This document shows positions 48,901 to 61,041 of a DNA stretch of 64,000 nt, piece by piece. Positions within the stretch are counted from its first letter, which is position 1. The number at the start of each line of letters is the position of its first letter. The notes under the pieces were generated by a model, which made no database searches, was not told where the DNA came from, and saw only the letters and a list, made by a program, of their open reading frames with translations. The stretch lies in NCBI GenBank assembly GCA_964252035.1, contig OZ176206.1; one strand, given 5' to 3'. A program made the position numbers and the translations under genes. The DNA comes from Podarcis erhardii. Its lineage: Eukaryota.

Positions 48901-51584
48901 CAGGGTGCTGGACTAAATGGGCCCCTTCTGGCCTGAACCAGCAGGGCCCTTATTATGTTCTCCTCCAGGCCAGAGAGGGCTCATCTAGTCCAGCACATGG
49001 CTAGTAGCCACTGATATCCCTCTCCTCCATGAATTTGCCCAATCTTCTTTTAAAGCCATCCAAGTCGGTGGCCATCACTACCTCCCTGCAGGAATGAGTT
49101 CCATAGTTTAACTATGTGCTGCATGAAGGAGCACTTTCACTGGTCCTCTGACTCTTCCAGCATTCAGCTCCGCTGGGTGTTCACAAGTTTCTAGTGTCGT
49201 AAGAGAGGGAGAAAAAGCTTTTATCTGCTGCCTGTCTCCATGCCATCACGGTGTGGATAGTAGCAGAACCTGTTGGCTATAAAAAGCAAGGGGACTGTGG
49301 GGGCTGGCTGAGAATGTGCTGCTGCTCCCTGCTCCCTCCACATCTCCCCTCCCTGAAGCAGCTGCATGGAGACAGCTGGACTTCTTACAGAGGAAGCTGC
49401 CTTAGACCGACTCAGGCCCATCAGTTCTCCTAGCTTAGTATGGCTTGCACTGACTGGCAGCGGCTCTCTAGAGCAGTGTTTCCCAACCGTGTGCCTCCAG
49501 CTGTTTTTGAACTACAACTCCCATCATCCCTGACTAGCAAGACCAGTGGCAAGGGATGATGGGAATTGTAGTCCAAAAACAGCTGGAGGCACAAGGTTGG
49601 GAAACACTGCTCTAGAGGTTCAGGCAGGGGTCTCTCCCAGCCCTACCTGGAGACAGAAGACGGGACATTCTGCATGCAGAGCAGATGTTCTAGCACTGAT
49701 CTGCTTTGGCCTTCCTCATGAGCCAGCCAAGATCCCAGCCCAGATTTTGGCACAGTGCAGGCTACGCTACTGAGCTTCTGACTCAAGGGAGGTGATGGCT
49801 GCTTCCTGCCTCTCATTCCTTCCCTGTGAGATCTATTTTTGTTTCTATTTTGAACGGCCGGACCCTCCTTCAGCTCCTTTCCCACGTTATTCCCATCTTG
49901 CTTTGGCGGACTTCCCTGGCACCCAGCTTCTAAGGAAAGACCCGCTTGCCCTACTGCTGCGGCTGGGAGCCTTGCAGAGAAGAGACTGAGTTCAGCTTCT
50001 GCACCGCCTTCACACAAGCCCCATCCTGTCAGCTGCTCCAGGGGTCGGGCAAAGACAAGGCTGCAGCACAAACTTTGGCAAAATCTCTCCAGAGACCGGT
50101 TGCCTTGTTCAATGTTTATGCTAGTGCATTTATTACATTTACGTCCCCCCTTTCCTCCGCGGAGCTCAAGGTGCAATATATGGCTCTCCCCGTCCCAATT
50201 TTATCCTCACAACAACCTTGTAGGTGAGGCTGAGAGACAGGGACTAGCCCAAGGTCATCCAATCATGGCCAAGCAGTAGATTTGAACCCTGGCATTCCTC
50301 TGAATGACCTATTTATTAAGCATTTGTCCTGATTTGCTTGTGGGGTATCCAGATGTCTACCTGACGGTCATTTCTTCATCCCACACTGCGAAAGTCTGAT
50401 TCTTCTTTTTTTTCTTTTCCCAAATGAGTTTTTATTGGTTTATCATTATATATACATATAAACAAATACAAAATATAATACATAAATTACATGTGTCATA
50501 TCCAGTCCATGAATCATACATATATTACATAGTTGTTTTAAGCTCCACCGAGCCTTAGGAAAGTCTGATTCTTTCTTAAGGAGTGGATTCGTTTCAGTAG
50601 GGAGACAAGAGCATTTTTTATACACAAACCTAAAGCTCCAATATGTGCCTGAACTGGCCCCCCGCCACAAAATGGTGACAGTATGGAGGTGCCCCTGGTC
50701 TCCTGGGCCACAGGCCAACACTCTAACAGCAACACCACACTGGCCAGGAGAGATGCTTTAGTAACTGAATTTAACTTCACATTCCCATGCAGCATTTCTG
50801 CCGGTCGTGACCCGCCCCCAATCCCTTCTCTCCTGCTCCCGACTTGCCCTGAAACGTAACCCAGCTCCCAGCCCTGGATTCCATAGCAGCAGGTGGCCAA
50901 GGGGGGGGGGATGCACACACGCATGCGAACCTCCTGGAGTACAACAAAGAACGCCACCCCCCCACCCCCACCCCGTCCTCCACTGTAAGGGGATCCTTTC
51001 ACTCTGCCCTGCTCACGCAAGCTGTGAGGGGCCCCTTCGGTGGAAAGGCTTAGGATTTGGGTCAGGGCCTTACAGATCTGCAACTGCATGGAAGGACATC
51101 TTCTACTTGGAACAGGGTGCAGTATAAAGTTGGGGGATGCAGGACAAGTGTATATGCACAGCAGTGTATACAGTGGTAACCTCGGGTTACATACGCTTCA
51201 GGTTACAGACTCCGCTAACCCAGAAATAGTACCTCGGGTTAAGAACTTTGCTTCAGGATGAGAACAGAAATCGTGCTCCGGTGGTGCAGCGACAGCGGGA
51301 GGCCCCATTAGCTAAAGTGGTGCTTCAGGTTAAGAACAGTTTCAGGTTAAGAATGGACCTCCGGAATGAATTAAGTACTTAACCCGAGGAACCACTGTAG
51401 TGCCCACCTTCCAACTTGTTGAAGGGGGTGTACATAGAATCATAGACTTGGAAGAGACCCTGAGGATTATGTAGTCCAACCCCTGGAAATGCAGGAATAT
51501 GCAGCTGTCCCATATGGGGATCGAACTTCCAGCCTTGGCATTATCAGCACCATGCTCTAACCAACTGAGCTATCCAGGCTGATG

Positions 51585-51633
<49 letters not shown>

Positions 51634-54010
51634 TCCCAAGCAAGAAGCTGACTTCACAAAACAGAGCATGGGGGTCTCATCTCTCTGCAAGCAGGCAAGA
51701 ACCCAGAAATTCAGCATAGAAGGGAGGTTTGTGGAAGCACCCAGCAGTCAAGCAGAGGAGAGGGATGGTGGGTCACACTTCAGGATTTTGTATGGGACTT
51801 TCCTTCCCCGCCCCACCACTTCCCTCCCTGGCCATCATTCCAAGAAGAGCTCTGCTGCAGGGTGTCCCTAATGCAAGCCACATGGAATTCCAGCTTCTTT
51901 GCTCTCGGTCACTGGGGTGGGTTGCATTTTTATGCTCCCAGCTGCCGGCATGGACATTTCACGCTTGTTGTTGACTCAAGGGGCAGCTGGCAGAAAGGGG
52001 GAGGGATGCCTCCTTTGCTGCTGCAGAGCTGCAGGATATCCAGGAGCTGGCTCTCCAAAGTTTGAATGGCTTTGCTCTCCTCCACATTTACACCACACCC
52101 TGCCCCCATGAAGAACCCTAGAACTTCCCTTCCTTTTATCTCTGAAGCTTCATAGCCTTTAATGTTCATTGAAAGAAAGTTTCCCATTCCAAATAGGTGG
52201 TTGTTGAAGGGAGTAGGGGTCCTGTGCCCTCCCAGGAGTCAAGAGCCTCCTGCGTCTTCCTATGCAAAGCAACTGATCCCATCCAGCTCTTTGGAGGGGG
52301 AGGTCCAAGGGCCAAAGTGCCATAAGGGAAAAGCGGCTTCCAAGGTGCAAGGGGGTGGGATGGAGAGGACATTCCAATTGCACAAGCCCTCCCTGAGGAA
52401 AGCAAAGGCTTGGGAATCTGTAGGGCAGCCTGATGCAAAGGAAGAGGAGAAGGGCTTTCCTTTGCAGGAGTCAGAAAAGCTGCAGCAGCTGAAAGACATG
52501 CCTATGAGACTCATTGCTGGTGGGCTGGGGGCATCCTTCTTTACATGTCTTCTCGCCCTATCAATTGAGGATTGTGAAATGAGAGTGTGGACAGGATCCC
52601 TCTCTCTGTGCGGCTAAAATGAAGGCAGGCTCCTTTGGGGACCTGGAGACCTTTCTCTCGCAGGGCACAACAGCCCACATTTGCAGAAGGCCTGTCTCTC
52701 CCTGAAAACACATTATAATTTTCTAAGCAGTCTGTTGGGACTTCCTCATGAAGCCACCCTGTAAACTGTATTTCCCCCCAGGCATTGAAAAGTTCTGTTG
52801 GAGAGAGTTCTAAAGCCCCCCGATAAAGCGTATTTTTTTCTTCAGTTATGACGGAATAGAGCGGAGAGATCCCAGGACATTTACGTGAAGGTTGGAAGTT
52901 AAAGGAACAAGCCAACATCTCCATCTGAAGAGGCGGGGGCATTTCCCGAGAGTGGTGAACTGCCACAGGGTTACCAACTTGCACTCCAAACAGAGTCACC
53001 ACCACCCTTTCGACATAGGTGCTCTCCCTATGGCAGAAATCAGAAAATGGCCTGTAATGGCAGAACTTCATTACTTCTCCCCCGACCCAAGCCAGATGTT
53101 TCCAGGCTAAGTATTCTCCAGGGACTTGGAGTTTCCTTTCTGAAGTGGGGTGAGACTTGTTCAACTTAACTCCCAACAACTCCCCCTCCTTCAGAACACA
53201 GGTGTTGGACTTACAGTGGATTTGCTGTGGATTCAGTGCCACACCTTGGTAATTTCACACCCTGGACTTAAAGGGTCTTATGGGGAACACTTTAGAGGGC
53301 CAGGTGTAATTATGTCAGTTGTGGAGCACACCACGAGCATTCCTGTTCTCCCCACCCCCATCCCATTTGGTGCTGTCCTCCTCCTCCAATCCACAGTTTG
53401 CCAACCCAGATTGAAAGAAAAGAAGCTACAAGTGCAGTTTTGCATTTGGAACACATGTAAATGGCAGCACCGCTGTGACTATGGGAATAAAATGAAATTT
53501 GCTCTTGCTGTCCTGATGCCAAATGAATTTACTGGGGTGGGGGATGTTATAGAAAAGGGAAAAATATATCTTCAAAGTAAAAATAATAACATAAGCATCT
53601 GCATTGCAGGGGGTTGGACTAGATGACCCTTGAGGTCCTATGTCTCTACAATTCTATGATTCTGTGAATTGTGTACATGCCTGCCCAGCACCCCCTGACT
53701 ATGAAAATGTGGGTTGTTGTTTTTTCTAAGTTCAAGAAGCTTTAAAAAAGAAAGAAAGAGGGATGGTGTGGGGTCTGGCGTGCCAATGCCAGTCTCAGTT
53801 TTCAGAACTTTCTAAGAAGGGACAGAATGATGTGTAAGAATTTAATGTTTAATTAGGAGATTTGTTTGATTAGGTGAAAGAATTTTGATCTGGAAACTCC
53901 TACAAACATTCTTATTATTATCTGGTCCACCAAGTGCATTCACCTGAGTTCCACCTTGGTGCAGTTGGAGACACTTGTTGGGTTATGGTTTAAGCAAAGC
54001 TTTATTAGAG

Positions 54011-54049
<39 letters not shown>

Positions 54050-55387
54050 TTTGCACAAGCATTCAAAGAGAAAATTAAATCAGAGCTTGGAAAATTCATT
54101 TCGAAAATTCATTTCGAAAAGGAAATCTCACTCACATTCAACATGCCCAAAAAGGAACGAATTCCAGTTCTCGTTTGTCCCTATACAAAACCAACTAGTT
54201 TGGTTCACATTCAGTTCAGCTGAATTCAAGTTTATCCAAATGATCCTCAGCAATTTTTCTTTCCCAGCACTCAAACTGTTACAAGCTGCCTGTTACAAAA
54301 CACACTTAAGAAGACTAAGAAAACATCCAAGAGCACACACAGTGGCATGTGAATGGTTTAATTTACTTTTCCAAACAATGATCATCTTGAAGCTTAAAGA
54401 CCCAAAGAGGAGGGGGAAAAACCACACAGAGAAATTGTCTCAATGTCTACCCCCATAATGAACAATATCTGCTCAGTTCATCTGGCAATTACGGGAGCCG
54501 CTTTGAATTGTGCTCCATACATTTCTGAACTAATTCAGTGAACTTTGTTAAGCCAAACCAGCTCATTCCAAGCACGGAACAAAATACAATCGCACAGGTG
54601 TATACAGAAAAAGCACAGATTAATCTCTTAAATTCCCAAGGCAGTAGAGATCACAGGTAGAAAAAACGAGCTGTCATCCAGGATCCCATACAACACATAC
54701 AAAAGACTGAATTCCTATATTATAAGGAGCAGACTGCTGGGTAAGATGTGTTTTTTTGGGAGTGGGCTATTGGGTTGTTTTTATTTTTATTATGCATTGT
54801 GTGGTTTTATATCTTGATACTATTCTCTGAGCCACCATGAGACCCCCGGGTATAGGGTGGTATATAAATTCAATAAATAATAATCATTATCTGTAGGAAG
54901 CCCTCACCTTCAGAGCTCAGTGACTGATTGGCTAGATAAGGGGGGAGACGATGCTTCAGATACCCTGGTCTCTAGCTGTATATACACCCAAACCAACACC
55001 TTGAATGTAGCTCAGCAGCTAGCTGGAAGCTTGGACGTGTATATTCCACCACATGCTCTGTCTACTGTCCTTGGCACAGCATAAGCCTTGTCTAGGACAG
55101 AGAGGCTGGCAAAATTCCTCCTGGCTGCAAATCAGTCAATCAAATGGACCCTGGTGGCGAGGGAAACCCCCTGATTGGTTCTCCAGGTGGAAATGCCTTT
55201 GGGATGGGACTCAACTGCACGCAGGACCCTCCACCTAACTGAAGTCCCTGATGCCCTGGAGTGCAGAGAAGGATCTTCACCGCCCCATTGCTCTCTGCTC
55301 CAGGCTGACACACCTGCCCTCCCCGGTGCTTACCTGAGCCCACAACATGGCCACCAGGAAGGAGATGAGCCAGAAAGGGGTGGCCAT
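35437..55387 (-). CDS. CDH15: Cadherin-15 (M-cadherin), complete, 14 exons in transcription order: 55387-55334, 46918-46763, 45538-45383, 44253-44109, 43395-43235, 42310-42182, 41377-41192, 40649-40396, 39709-39570, 38667-38449, 37975-37736, 36931-36795, 36327-36163, 35634-35437 (2340 nt, 779 aa)
   Basis: Signal peptide [18 protein letters not shown]; furin site RVKR|[17 protein letters not shown] (M-cadherin-specific); FAL in place of HAV; DQNDNRP, DINDNPP and EVNDHAP linkers; transmembrane segment; QGGGEEDQ p120 site; [23 protein letters not shown]...[14 protein letters not shown]. All introns are GT-AG with matching phases. Confidence 0.97.
36163..36327 (-). CDS. CDH15: CDH15 exon 13 (165 bp)
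   Basis: DAYDLNQLR...DIEDFINE|gt. Confidence 0.95.
36795..36931 (-). CDS. CDH15: CDH15 exon 12 (137 bp)
   Basis: ...[20 protein letters not shown]|gtgaga. Confidence 0.95.
36971..37046. repeat. Long interrupted (GT)n microsatellite just upstream of the CDH15 exon 12 acceptor
   Basis: Direct reading. Confidence 0.95.
37736..37975 (-). CDS. CDH15: CDH15 exon 11 (240 bp; end of EC5 and TM)
   Basis: [11 protein letters not shown]...[10 protein letters not shown]...[14 protein letters not shown]|gtaag. Confidence 0.95.
38449..38667 (-). CDS. CDH15: CDH15 exon 10 (219 bp)
   Basis: [18 protein letters not shown]...NWTLGHIN G|gtaacc. Confidence 0.95.
39570..39709 (-). CDS. CDH15: CDH15 exon 9 (140 bp)
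   Basis: [17 protein letters not shown]...[14 protein letters not shown]|gtgag. Confidence 0.94.
39745..39779. repeat. (GT)n microsatellite
   Basis: Direct reading. Confidence 0.95.
40396..40649 (-). CDS. CDH15: CDH15 exon 8 (254 bp)
   Basis: [18 protein letters not shown]...[10 protein letters not shown]...[14 protein letters not shown]|gtgagc. Confidence 0.94.
41192..41377 (-). CDS. CDH15: CDH15 exon 7 (186 bp)
   Basis: FSMEAPENK...[10 protein letters not shown]...[10 protein letters not shown]|gtaagg. Confidence 0.95.
41680..41935 (+). mobile_element. L2 LINE 3' end
   Basis: CCAGGCAGAGGGCCTTCTCGGTAGTGGC...CCCAGAGTGGCTGGGGAAACCCAGCCAGATGGGCGGGGTA and an (AAT)-rich tail. Confidence 0.7.
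42182..42310 (-). CDS. CDH15: CDH15 exon 6 (129 bp)
   Basis: [19 protein letters not shown]...[14 protein letters not shown]|gtgggg. Confidence 0.95.
42880..42911. repeat. (GT)n microsatellite
   Basis: Direct reading. Confidence 0.95.
43235..43395 (-). CDS. CDH15: CDH15 exon 5 (161 bp)
   Basis: [25 protein letters not shown]...FDRE|gtac. Confidence 0.95.
43470..43950 (-). mobile_element. L1-clade LINE 3' fragment
   Basis: Minus strand reads a degenerate ...[31 protein letters not shown]... followed by an A-rich tail. Confidence 0.65.
44109..44253 (-). CDS. CDH15: CDH15 exon 4 (145 bp)
   Basis: [33 protein letters not shown]...G|gtgggt. Confidence 0.95.
45383..45538 (-). CDS. CDH15: CDH15 exon 3 (156 bp)
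   Basis: [24 protein letters not shown]...[10 protein letters not shown]|gtaagg. Confidence 0.95.
46096..46345 (-). mobile_element. tRNA-derived CORE-type SINE, near full length
   Basis: Minus strand GCCAGTGTGGTGTAGTGGTTAAGAGCGG...GGGTTAGATTCCCC...GGGTGACC..., (TTC)n tail. Confidence 0.75.
46763..46918 (-). CDS. CDH15: CDH15 exon 2 (156 bp)
   Basis: cggcag|DVSC...[26 protein letters not shown]|gtaagg. Confidence 0.92.
48339..48699. mobile_element. Non-autonomous hAT element
   Basis: CAG...CTG termini with internal GTGGACC/GGTCCA inverted motifs; 8-bp TSD GTTTAAGG at 48331-48338 and 48700-48707. Confidence 0.7.
49474..49609. mobile_element. Fold-back hAT MITE (136 bp) inserted in a SINE
   Basis: TIR CAGTGTTTCCCAACC / GGTTGGGAAACACTG, near-palindromic body, 8-bp TSD CTCTAGAG at 49466-49473 and 49610-49617. 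Confidence 0.88.
51171..51397. mobile_element. Tigger-like Tc1/mariner MITE (227 bp)
   Basis: TIR CAGTGGTAACCTCGGGTTA / TAACCCGAGGAACCACTG, TA flanks. Confidence 0.85.
51588..51631. repeat. (CT)n microsatellite
   Basis: Direct reading. Confidence 0.95.
54013..54044. repeat. (AC)n microsatellite
   Basis: Direct reading. Confidence 0.95.
55334..55387 (-). CDS. CDH15: CDH15 exon 1 (54 bp, signal peptide)
   Basis: ATG GCC ACC CCT TTC TGG...GCT CAG|gtaagc; hydrophobic 18-mer ending in AQ, phase 0 matching exon 2. Confidence 0.85.
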
Positions 55388-55640
55388 AATGGCTTGCTAG
55401 TGGTTGTGCCTCAGGCAGAGCGCAGAGCCGGACAGCCTCCGTCCCCTTCCTTCTCTCTCTCACACAGAGGGAGCGCCTCTGCTATGAGCAGAGCTAAAAT
55501 AACCGAGACCAGGCTCTGACAGACAGCACATGTGCTGGGGCCTGGGAGAGGAACGCCGGATGGTGGCGGGGAGGGGGGGAGAGATGGCCTGGGAGCTGCA
55601 TGGCCTGCATATCTCCCCTGCCCACACACACCCTGAGAAA
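55388..55640 (-). promoter_or_regulatory. CDH15 5' UTR / proximal promoter
   Basis: Lies immediately upstream of exon 1; AT-rich MEF2/TATA-like CTAAAATAAC at 55494-55503 and palindromic E-box CAGCACATGTGCTG at 55524-55537. Confidence 0.5.
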
Positions 55641-58600
55641 GGAGTGTGTGTAGAGTGTGTGTGTATAGAATTGACACTTGCTATCCCACCCACCCCTCGC
55701 TAGAAGTTTGTAGAATTAACTTTTTGAAAGAAATATTAAATCCCAGATACTAAAGCCAAGTCACAGCGAGGATCAAGAATGGCCTGAAAAGAGGATGTGT
55801 CCTCTCATTGGCCCTTTCCTCCACAGTGGGTCAAACTGTGGACTGGTTGCATGGCAAGAGAAAAAGAATAACTATAAGGAACCATGGAGAGCTGATGCCT
55901 ACTAGGAGTGGGCCCCTAGAAATTCCATCCCTTCCTCTCCCTTCTTTAAAAAAGTAATAGCTTTGCGCCCCTCCAGATGCCCCATTTATGAAGTACCTGA
56001 TCTGATTTGCTCGGACAAAACCTACACAGAGGTTAGGCTTTGTCCAGCCTTTATCCAGGATTCATTCTGATATGTTTGCAGGGAAGTTACACAACAAGGA
56101 GCATTCATCCTGATTTGCTTGCAGTGTGTTTACAAAGCTTCCTGCTCGTCACTCATTCATCTCACGCATTTCAATGCCTTTCCCCATCGCTTTCCAAACC
56201 ACAAAAGTCTGTTTTTGTTTTTAAGTGGATTTGTTGTGCTAAGCTGACAGAGCACCTGACTCCACTTTAATTATGCAAATTCCCAGCATGTGATCAAACC
56301 AACCCTGCAAAACAGCGAGAGAGTCCGGAGGCATCCTTTGCAGTGAGACCTCACCCATGCAACATCTCTCAGAGACCTACGGTAGATCTGCATCTATTCC
56401 TTTTATGCAGATTCTGTACCAGGGGCCTATGCTCTGGGTTTTATAAGCACTAAGAAGTGCCCTAATGCAGAAGTTATTTGTAGCCCACCTTTCCTCCAAG
56501 GAACTCGGAGCAGCATTCAGAGTTCCTAGGCTGTTTCCCACTCAGGTGCTCCCAAGCCCAAGTTTAGCTCCCAAATTTGGTTTCAGAGGAGCTCTTTCCC
56601 TGGACTACTTGGGTGGAATAACAAGGCCTGACAAGCGCTGCCAAATGGTCAGGATTGGGTGGTCAGGAGGTTGGCCACTGGTTGGAAAAAACTCAGACGG
56701 AGCTGTTTCCCCTGTTAGTTTGTCCGATGTAATTTACTTATATTTTATTGATTTATATACCGTATTTGGAAGGCTATGTATTTTTCTTTTTTAAAAAGGT
56801 TTTTGAGAATATAAGAGAAAGGAGAAGAATAAATTATTATTGATAACAATAAAAAATAAAAGTATGTAGGATATGCATTCTACCAAATTTAAGGCTAATA
56901 TACCTCTCCTGACGGTACTTTACCACCACTCTGAATGTGAATGAACTTAACCAGAGAAGGAGCAATTTTTTAAAAAGTCATAATTGTAGTACATAGGAAA
57001 TTATTTCTCTGCTTTGCTGTTTCAGCCAGTGTGCACTACTTTATTAGTTTAAATTTGCTGCATAATGTTATCAGCAATTAGAAGAAGCACCCTGAGTTTG
57101 CCAGAGATATTTCAGACAATATGGAGAAAAGCATAATTAAATATACTTTATATGAAAAAAACCAGCAATAATTATGCCCCACCCTTCCACTGTATTGACA
57201 TCACTCACGAGGGCTTACAGCCATTTAAATCAGGAATGGGGAATTTGTGGCCCTCCAGATGTTGCTGGACTCCGACTCCCATCAGCCCCAGTCAGCATGG
57301 ACCAATGGTCAGGGATGATGGGAGTTGTAGTCCAGGAACATCTGGAGAGCACCAGGTTCCTCATTTCTATTTACAACAACAATATCAAGCCTGCCCCCTC
57401 CAAATCAATACAGAAAATCAGAAACAACAATAATAAAAACAGTGGTGTAGGAAACAAAGCTAGGGGCCTGAGCAACCTTATTCAATAATTACATGGAGTG
57501 ACAGTAGAGAAGATGTACCTCTGCTATAATGGCCAAAGCCTACACATCTAGGGAGGGAAATCTTTTTCAGACTGAGGACTGCAATCCCCTTTTGGGCATT
57601 CTTATGAGGGCTACATATCGGTAGAGAGGCAAGTGGGGGAAGCAATGGATGGGTATTGTTTCTGCACACACACACCCTCCAGATAAGCAAACATGATCAG
57701 AATTCAAGGACCCATTGTAGCTGGGCAGAACCCCCCCCCCCCAGGAGAATGGAAGCAGCGCTGTGGCCTGGGGAGAGTCCTGAGATTCCTCACCCTCCGG
57801 GGTTTAAAGACATTAAACAGACATAATTGAAATAGATCCTACAAACAGTCACAGTCAGTCTCCCGTATGGACAAATCCTATGTAAAAAAGGGTAGGTTGG
57901 GAGAGAGCAGAGTCTGGGGTTGAGCTTTCCTGGCAGAACCATGGAAAGTTAGTTCAGGGGCAGAAGGGAGAAAAGACGTGAGGAGGTGGCAAGGAGCCAA
58001 GGGCCTGGAAAGAGTTGTGGGGGAGACAGGGCAGAAGATCGCTGGAGGCATTTGACTGCATTTTTGGTTAGCTGTTCTGTCGCCTCGGGGGCTGATTAAC
58101 CATGACCGCCTCTCCCTCCTTGCAAGCCCAGGTCTGCTAGCCGGGATGTTTCTGAACAGCTGCTGCAGGAATTCCAAATGCTTACATGAGAGGGAGTGTT
58201 GCCCAGCGTGGTGGTCACAAAGGGGGAGGGGGGGCAAGCAGAAAACAAGAGCTGAGACTTTTTTTGCTGCTCCCTACCAGGCTCTGCTTGTGTCTCAGAG
58301 GTCCATGTTTCCTGCTTGCAACAGGTCGCAATGTGAAAATAAAGCGGGGAGGGAAGGGTTTTTCATTCTACCAAGTTCCCACTCACCTTTCTCAGTTCCT
58401 TAAGTCTGCATTCCCACCCCCAGCCACCTTGAGCTGCATTGAAGGTGAAGCCCAATCAAGTTTGTAAAGAAAGAAGGGGTGAGGGTCAAGTAGGGAGGAT
58501 GAATATTTAAAGTATTGAACGAAATTATTTAATTTAAATTTCAGGCCAACAGCTTTCCTAAATATGTGGGAAATGCAAAACCGCCAAGGCATCAGATCCC

Positions 58601-60409
58601 ACTCTGTGGTTAAGGGCACACAGTACATCACACAACACACAACCCATCTGCAGAACTTACTGCCACACAAGGGTGGGGTATAATATTCTAAAAACAAAAT
58701 AGTGATGGCCAATAACTTAGATGCCTTTAAAAATGGATTAGGCAAACTTGTGGAAGTGGGAAGGTCTGCCAGTGGCTCTAAGGAACCTCCAGGTACAGAG
58801 GCAGTCTACCTCTCTGAATACCATTTGCTGGAAGTGGGGTCTTTCCTTCATGCCCTGCATATGGGCTTTGCAGAGGCACTGTGAGAAAGAGGATGGTGGG
58901 CTAGGCAGACCTTTGGTCTGATCCAGTAGAGCTGCTCTTGTTCTTAAAGCAAAGAGGAAGCCACAGGGTACATTTTAGAAATGAGTTCACTCAACAACCC
59001 AAGGAAACACAGTTGTAACCTCTAAACATCATTTGATGGCTGTTTGGTTTCCATTTATAATTTTTATGAATGGCGCAGTGCAAGGTGGAAGTCCTGTGGA
59101 GCTGCACCTTTCATTCTGGATGGACCTCCTGAAATCGAAACATTCATGCCACCTGCTTATTGCACTGGTTGCCTAGATCTGTGCTTTCAAGGCCCATATA
59201 AGAAGCATGCCAGAGGATTTTCACTCTGCTTGCTTCTTAGGATAAAAGAAATACAAATACTTTTTAAAAACCAAAAAACCCAAGCTCACTCAATGCAATC
59301 CTACAAAATAGTGGTATGGACTTTCCAAAATAGGTTCTGGGACTGGGTTTGCCCAGCTCAAATCAATTCCCAGGGGGTGGCTTGAAGGCACGTGATGCAG
59401 CAGCCTTGCTGAAAACATGCCTCTCTGCATCAAGTCGGCCCCAGGAGGGATGCTGGTCTGGGACAACCTGCCCTGTGTTCCACCTGGAGTTCCATCGTGA
59501 ATGGAAGATGGGAGCAAATAGAACAAACCTGTCCTCAGGGGCAAGCTTAGGCAGAGAGCTACCTAGATGAATAGCTGCCATTAAGAGGGTGGTTGTCCAA
59601 TCAACAGAGCCTCCTGTGCCTGGGGGTGAGGGTGGCCAATGTGGTGTTGAATCGGGGGCCAGCAGGGACTACTAGAAAAAGCTGTGCGTTGAGGAGCTGT
59701 TGGGTTCCTCTTCTGAGTACTAAGGATACTGGCTGGTCAGCAGGATACGGCAGGACAGCCGAGAATCAAGCTAAGTGCCTGCAGGATGTCCCAGTCAGAG
59801 AGGAATGTCACAGTTGTTCATATCCTGGGGTCCCAATGCCAGGAATGAGCCCTTCCCGCTCTGCAGGCATCTTCTTGTCTAGCTAACACTGGAGCCAGCA
59901 GGTTTCTCTGGGAGTGGAAACACTCTCTCTCTCCCCGCCCCTCTGGTGACACCCAGAGGGGAAGAAAATGGGCTCAGTTCAGTGTAATATGTGCTTATGA
60001 AACTGGCACTCCCCCAAAACAACACACAAATTGCAAAGCAGCTATCCTTTAAAATGCACACTTCTCCAGATTTTGAAATGGAACTCTCCAATGAAAAGAA
60101 TGTGCAGGAATTTGTACATTAGGGGAAAGTGTACATTACAACCCATATATTAGGGAGGACAATATACCAACATGCACATATATTGGGGGGAATTGCTCAC
60201 ATATAAAGTTGTATTTAGGCAAAACTGTATACAAAATGGTGTTTGCGCCCACTAAAATGCTGTCAGTCGCTTCCCAAAGTGTGTGCAATATGCACACTGA
60301 CTTCAAAAGAGATTCGCAAACCAATACAGAGATGTGGCGAACTGAACTTAAGACTGGAAAAATGAGAAACAGAGAGAATGATAGAACTGTGGAAATGCAG
60401 AGTTTGAAG

Positions 60410-60673
60410 AGTCATCTAGTCCAACCACCACTAAAGAATCTCTGAGCAATGGGCACCCAATCCAACCTCCAATGAGAGTCTACTACCTTGCGAGGGAGTC
60501 TGTTCGACAGCCAAACAGCTCTTACTGTAAGAAAGTTCTCTCTAATGTTTAGCCAGACTGTTCTTTCTTGAAATTTGAATCCATTGCTTCGGGTCCTATC
60601 CTCTGGAGCAGCAGAATCCAAGCTTACGTCTGACAGCTCTTCATATATTTGAAGATGGCTATCATATCCCCAA
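60410..60673 (-). mobile_element. CR1 LINE 3' fragment (continues at 61056-61105, split by the SINE)
   Basis: Peptide RTRSNGFKFQERTVWLNIRENFLTVRAVW.NRLPRKVVDS matches the CR1 ORF2 C-terminus. Confidence 0.8.
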
Positions 60674-61041
60674 GGGACGCGGGTGGCGCTGTGGGTAAAA
60701 CCTCAGTGCCTAGGACTTGCTGATCGTAAGGTCGGCGGTTCGAATCCCCGCGGCGGGGTGAGCTCCCGTCGTTCGGTCCCAGCTCCTGCCCACCTAGCAG
60801 TTCGAAAGCACCTCTAAGTGCAAGTAGATAAATAGGGACCGCTTACTCAGCGGGAAGGTAAACAGCGTTCTGTGTGCGGCGCTGGTACTGGCTCGCCAGT
60901 GCAGCCTTGTCACGCTGGCCACGTGACCCGGAAGTGTCTTCGGACAGCGCTGGCTCCCGGCCTCTAGAGCGAGATGAGCACGCAAACCCTAGAGTCGGTC
61001 ACGACTGGCCCATACGGGCAGGGGTACCTTTACCTTTACCT
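60674..61041 (+). mobile_element. Full-length Sauria SINE (young)
   Basis: 5' GGGACGCGGGTGGCGCTGTGG, B box GGTTCGAATCC, BovB-like 3' GAGTCGGTCACGACT, (ACCTTT)n tail, 14-bp TSD TATCATATCCCCAA at 60660-60673 and 61042-61055; CpGs retained. Confidence 0.9.

Noticed and set aside
52541-53242. 233-aa minus-strand ORF in CDH15 intron 1
   Set aside because: No domain motif, no convincing start or splice context, and no RT/transposase similarity I could recognise; a BLASTp hit would reopen it.
56740-57160. AT-rich stretch resembling an old LINE fragment
   Set aside because: Too degenerate to assign without a library search.
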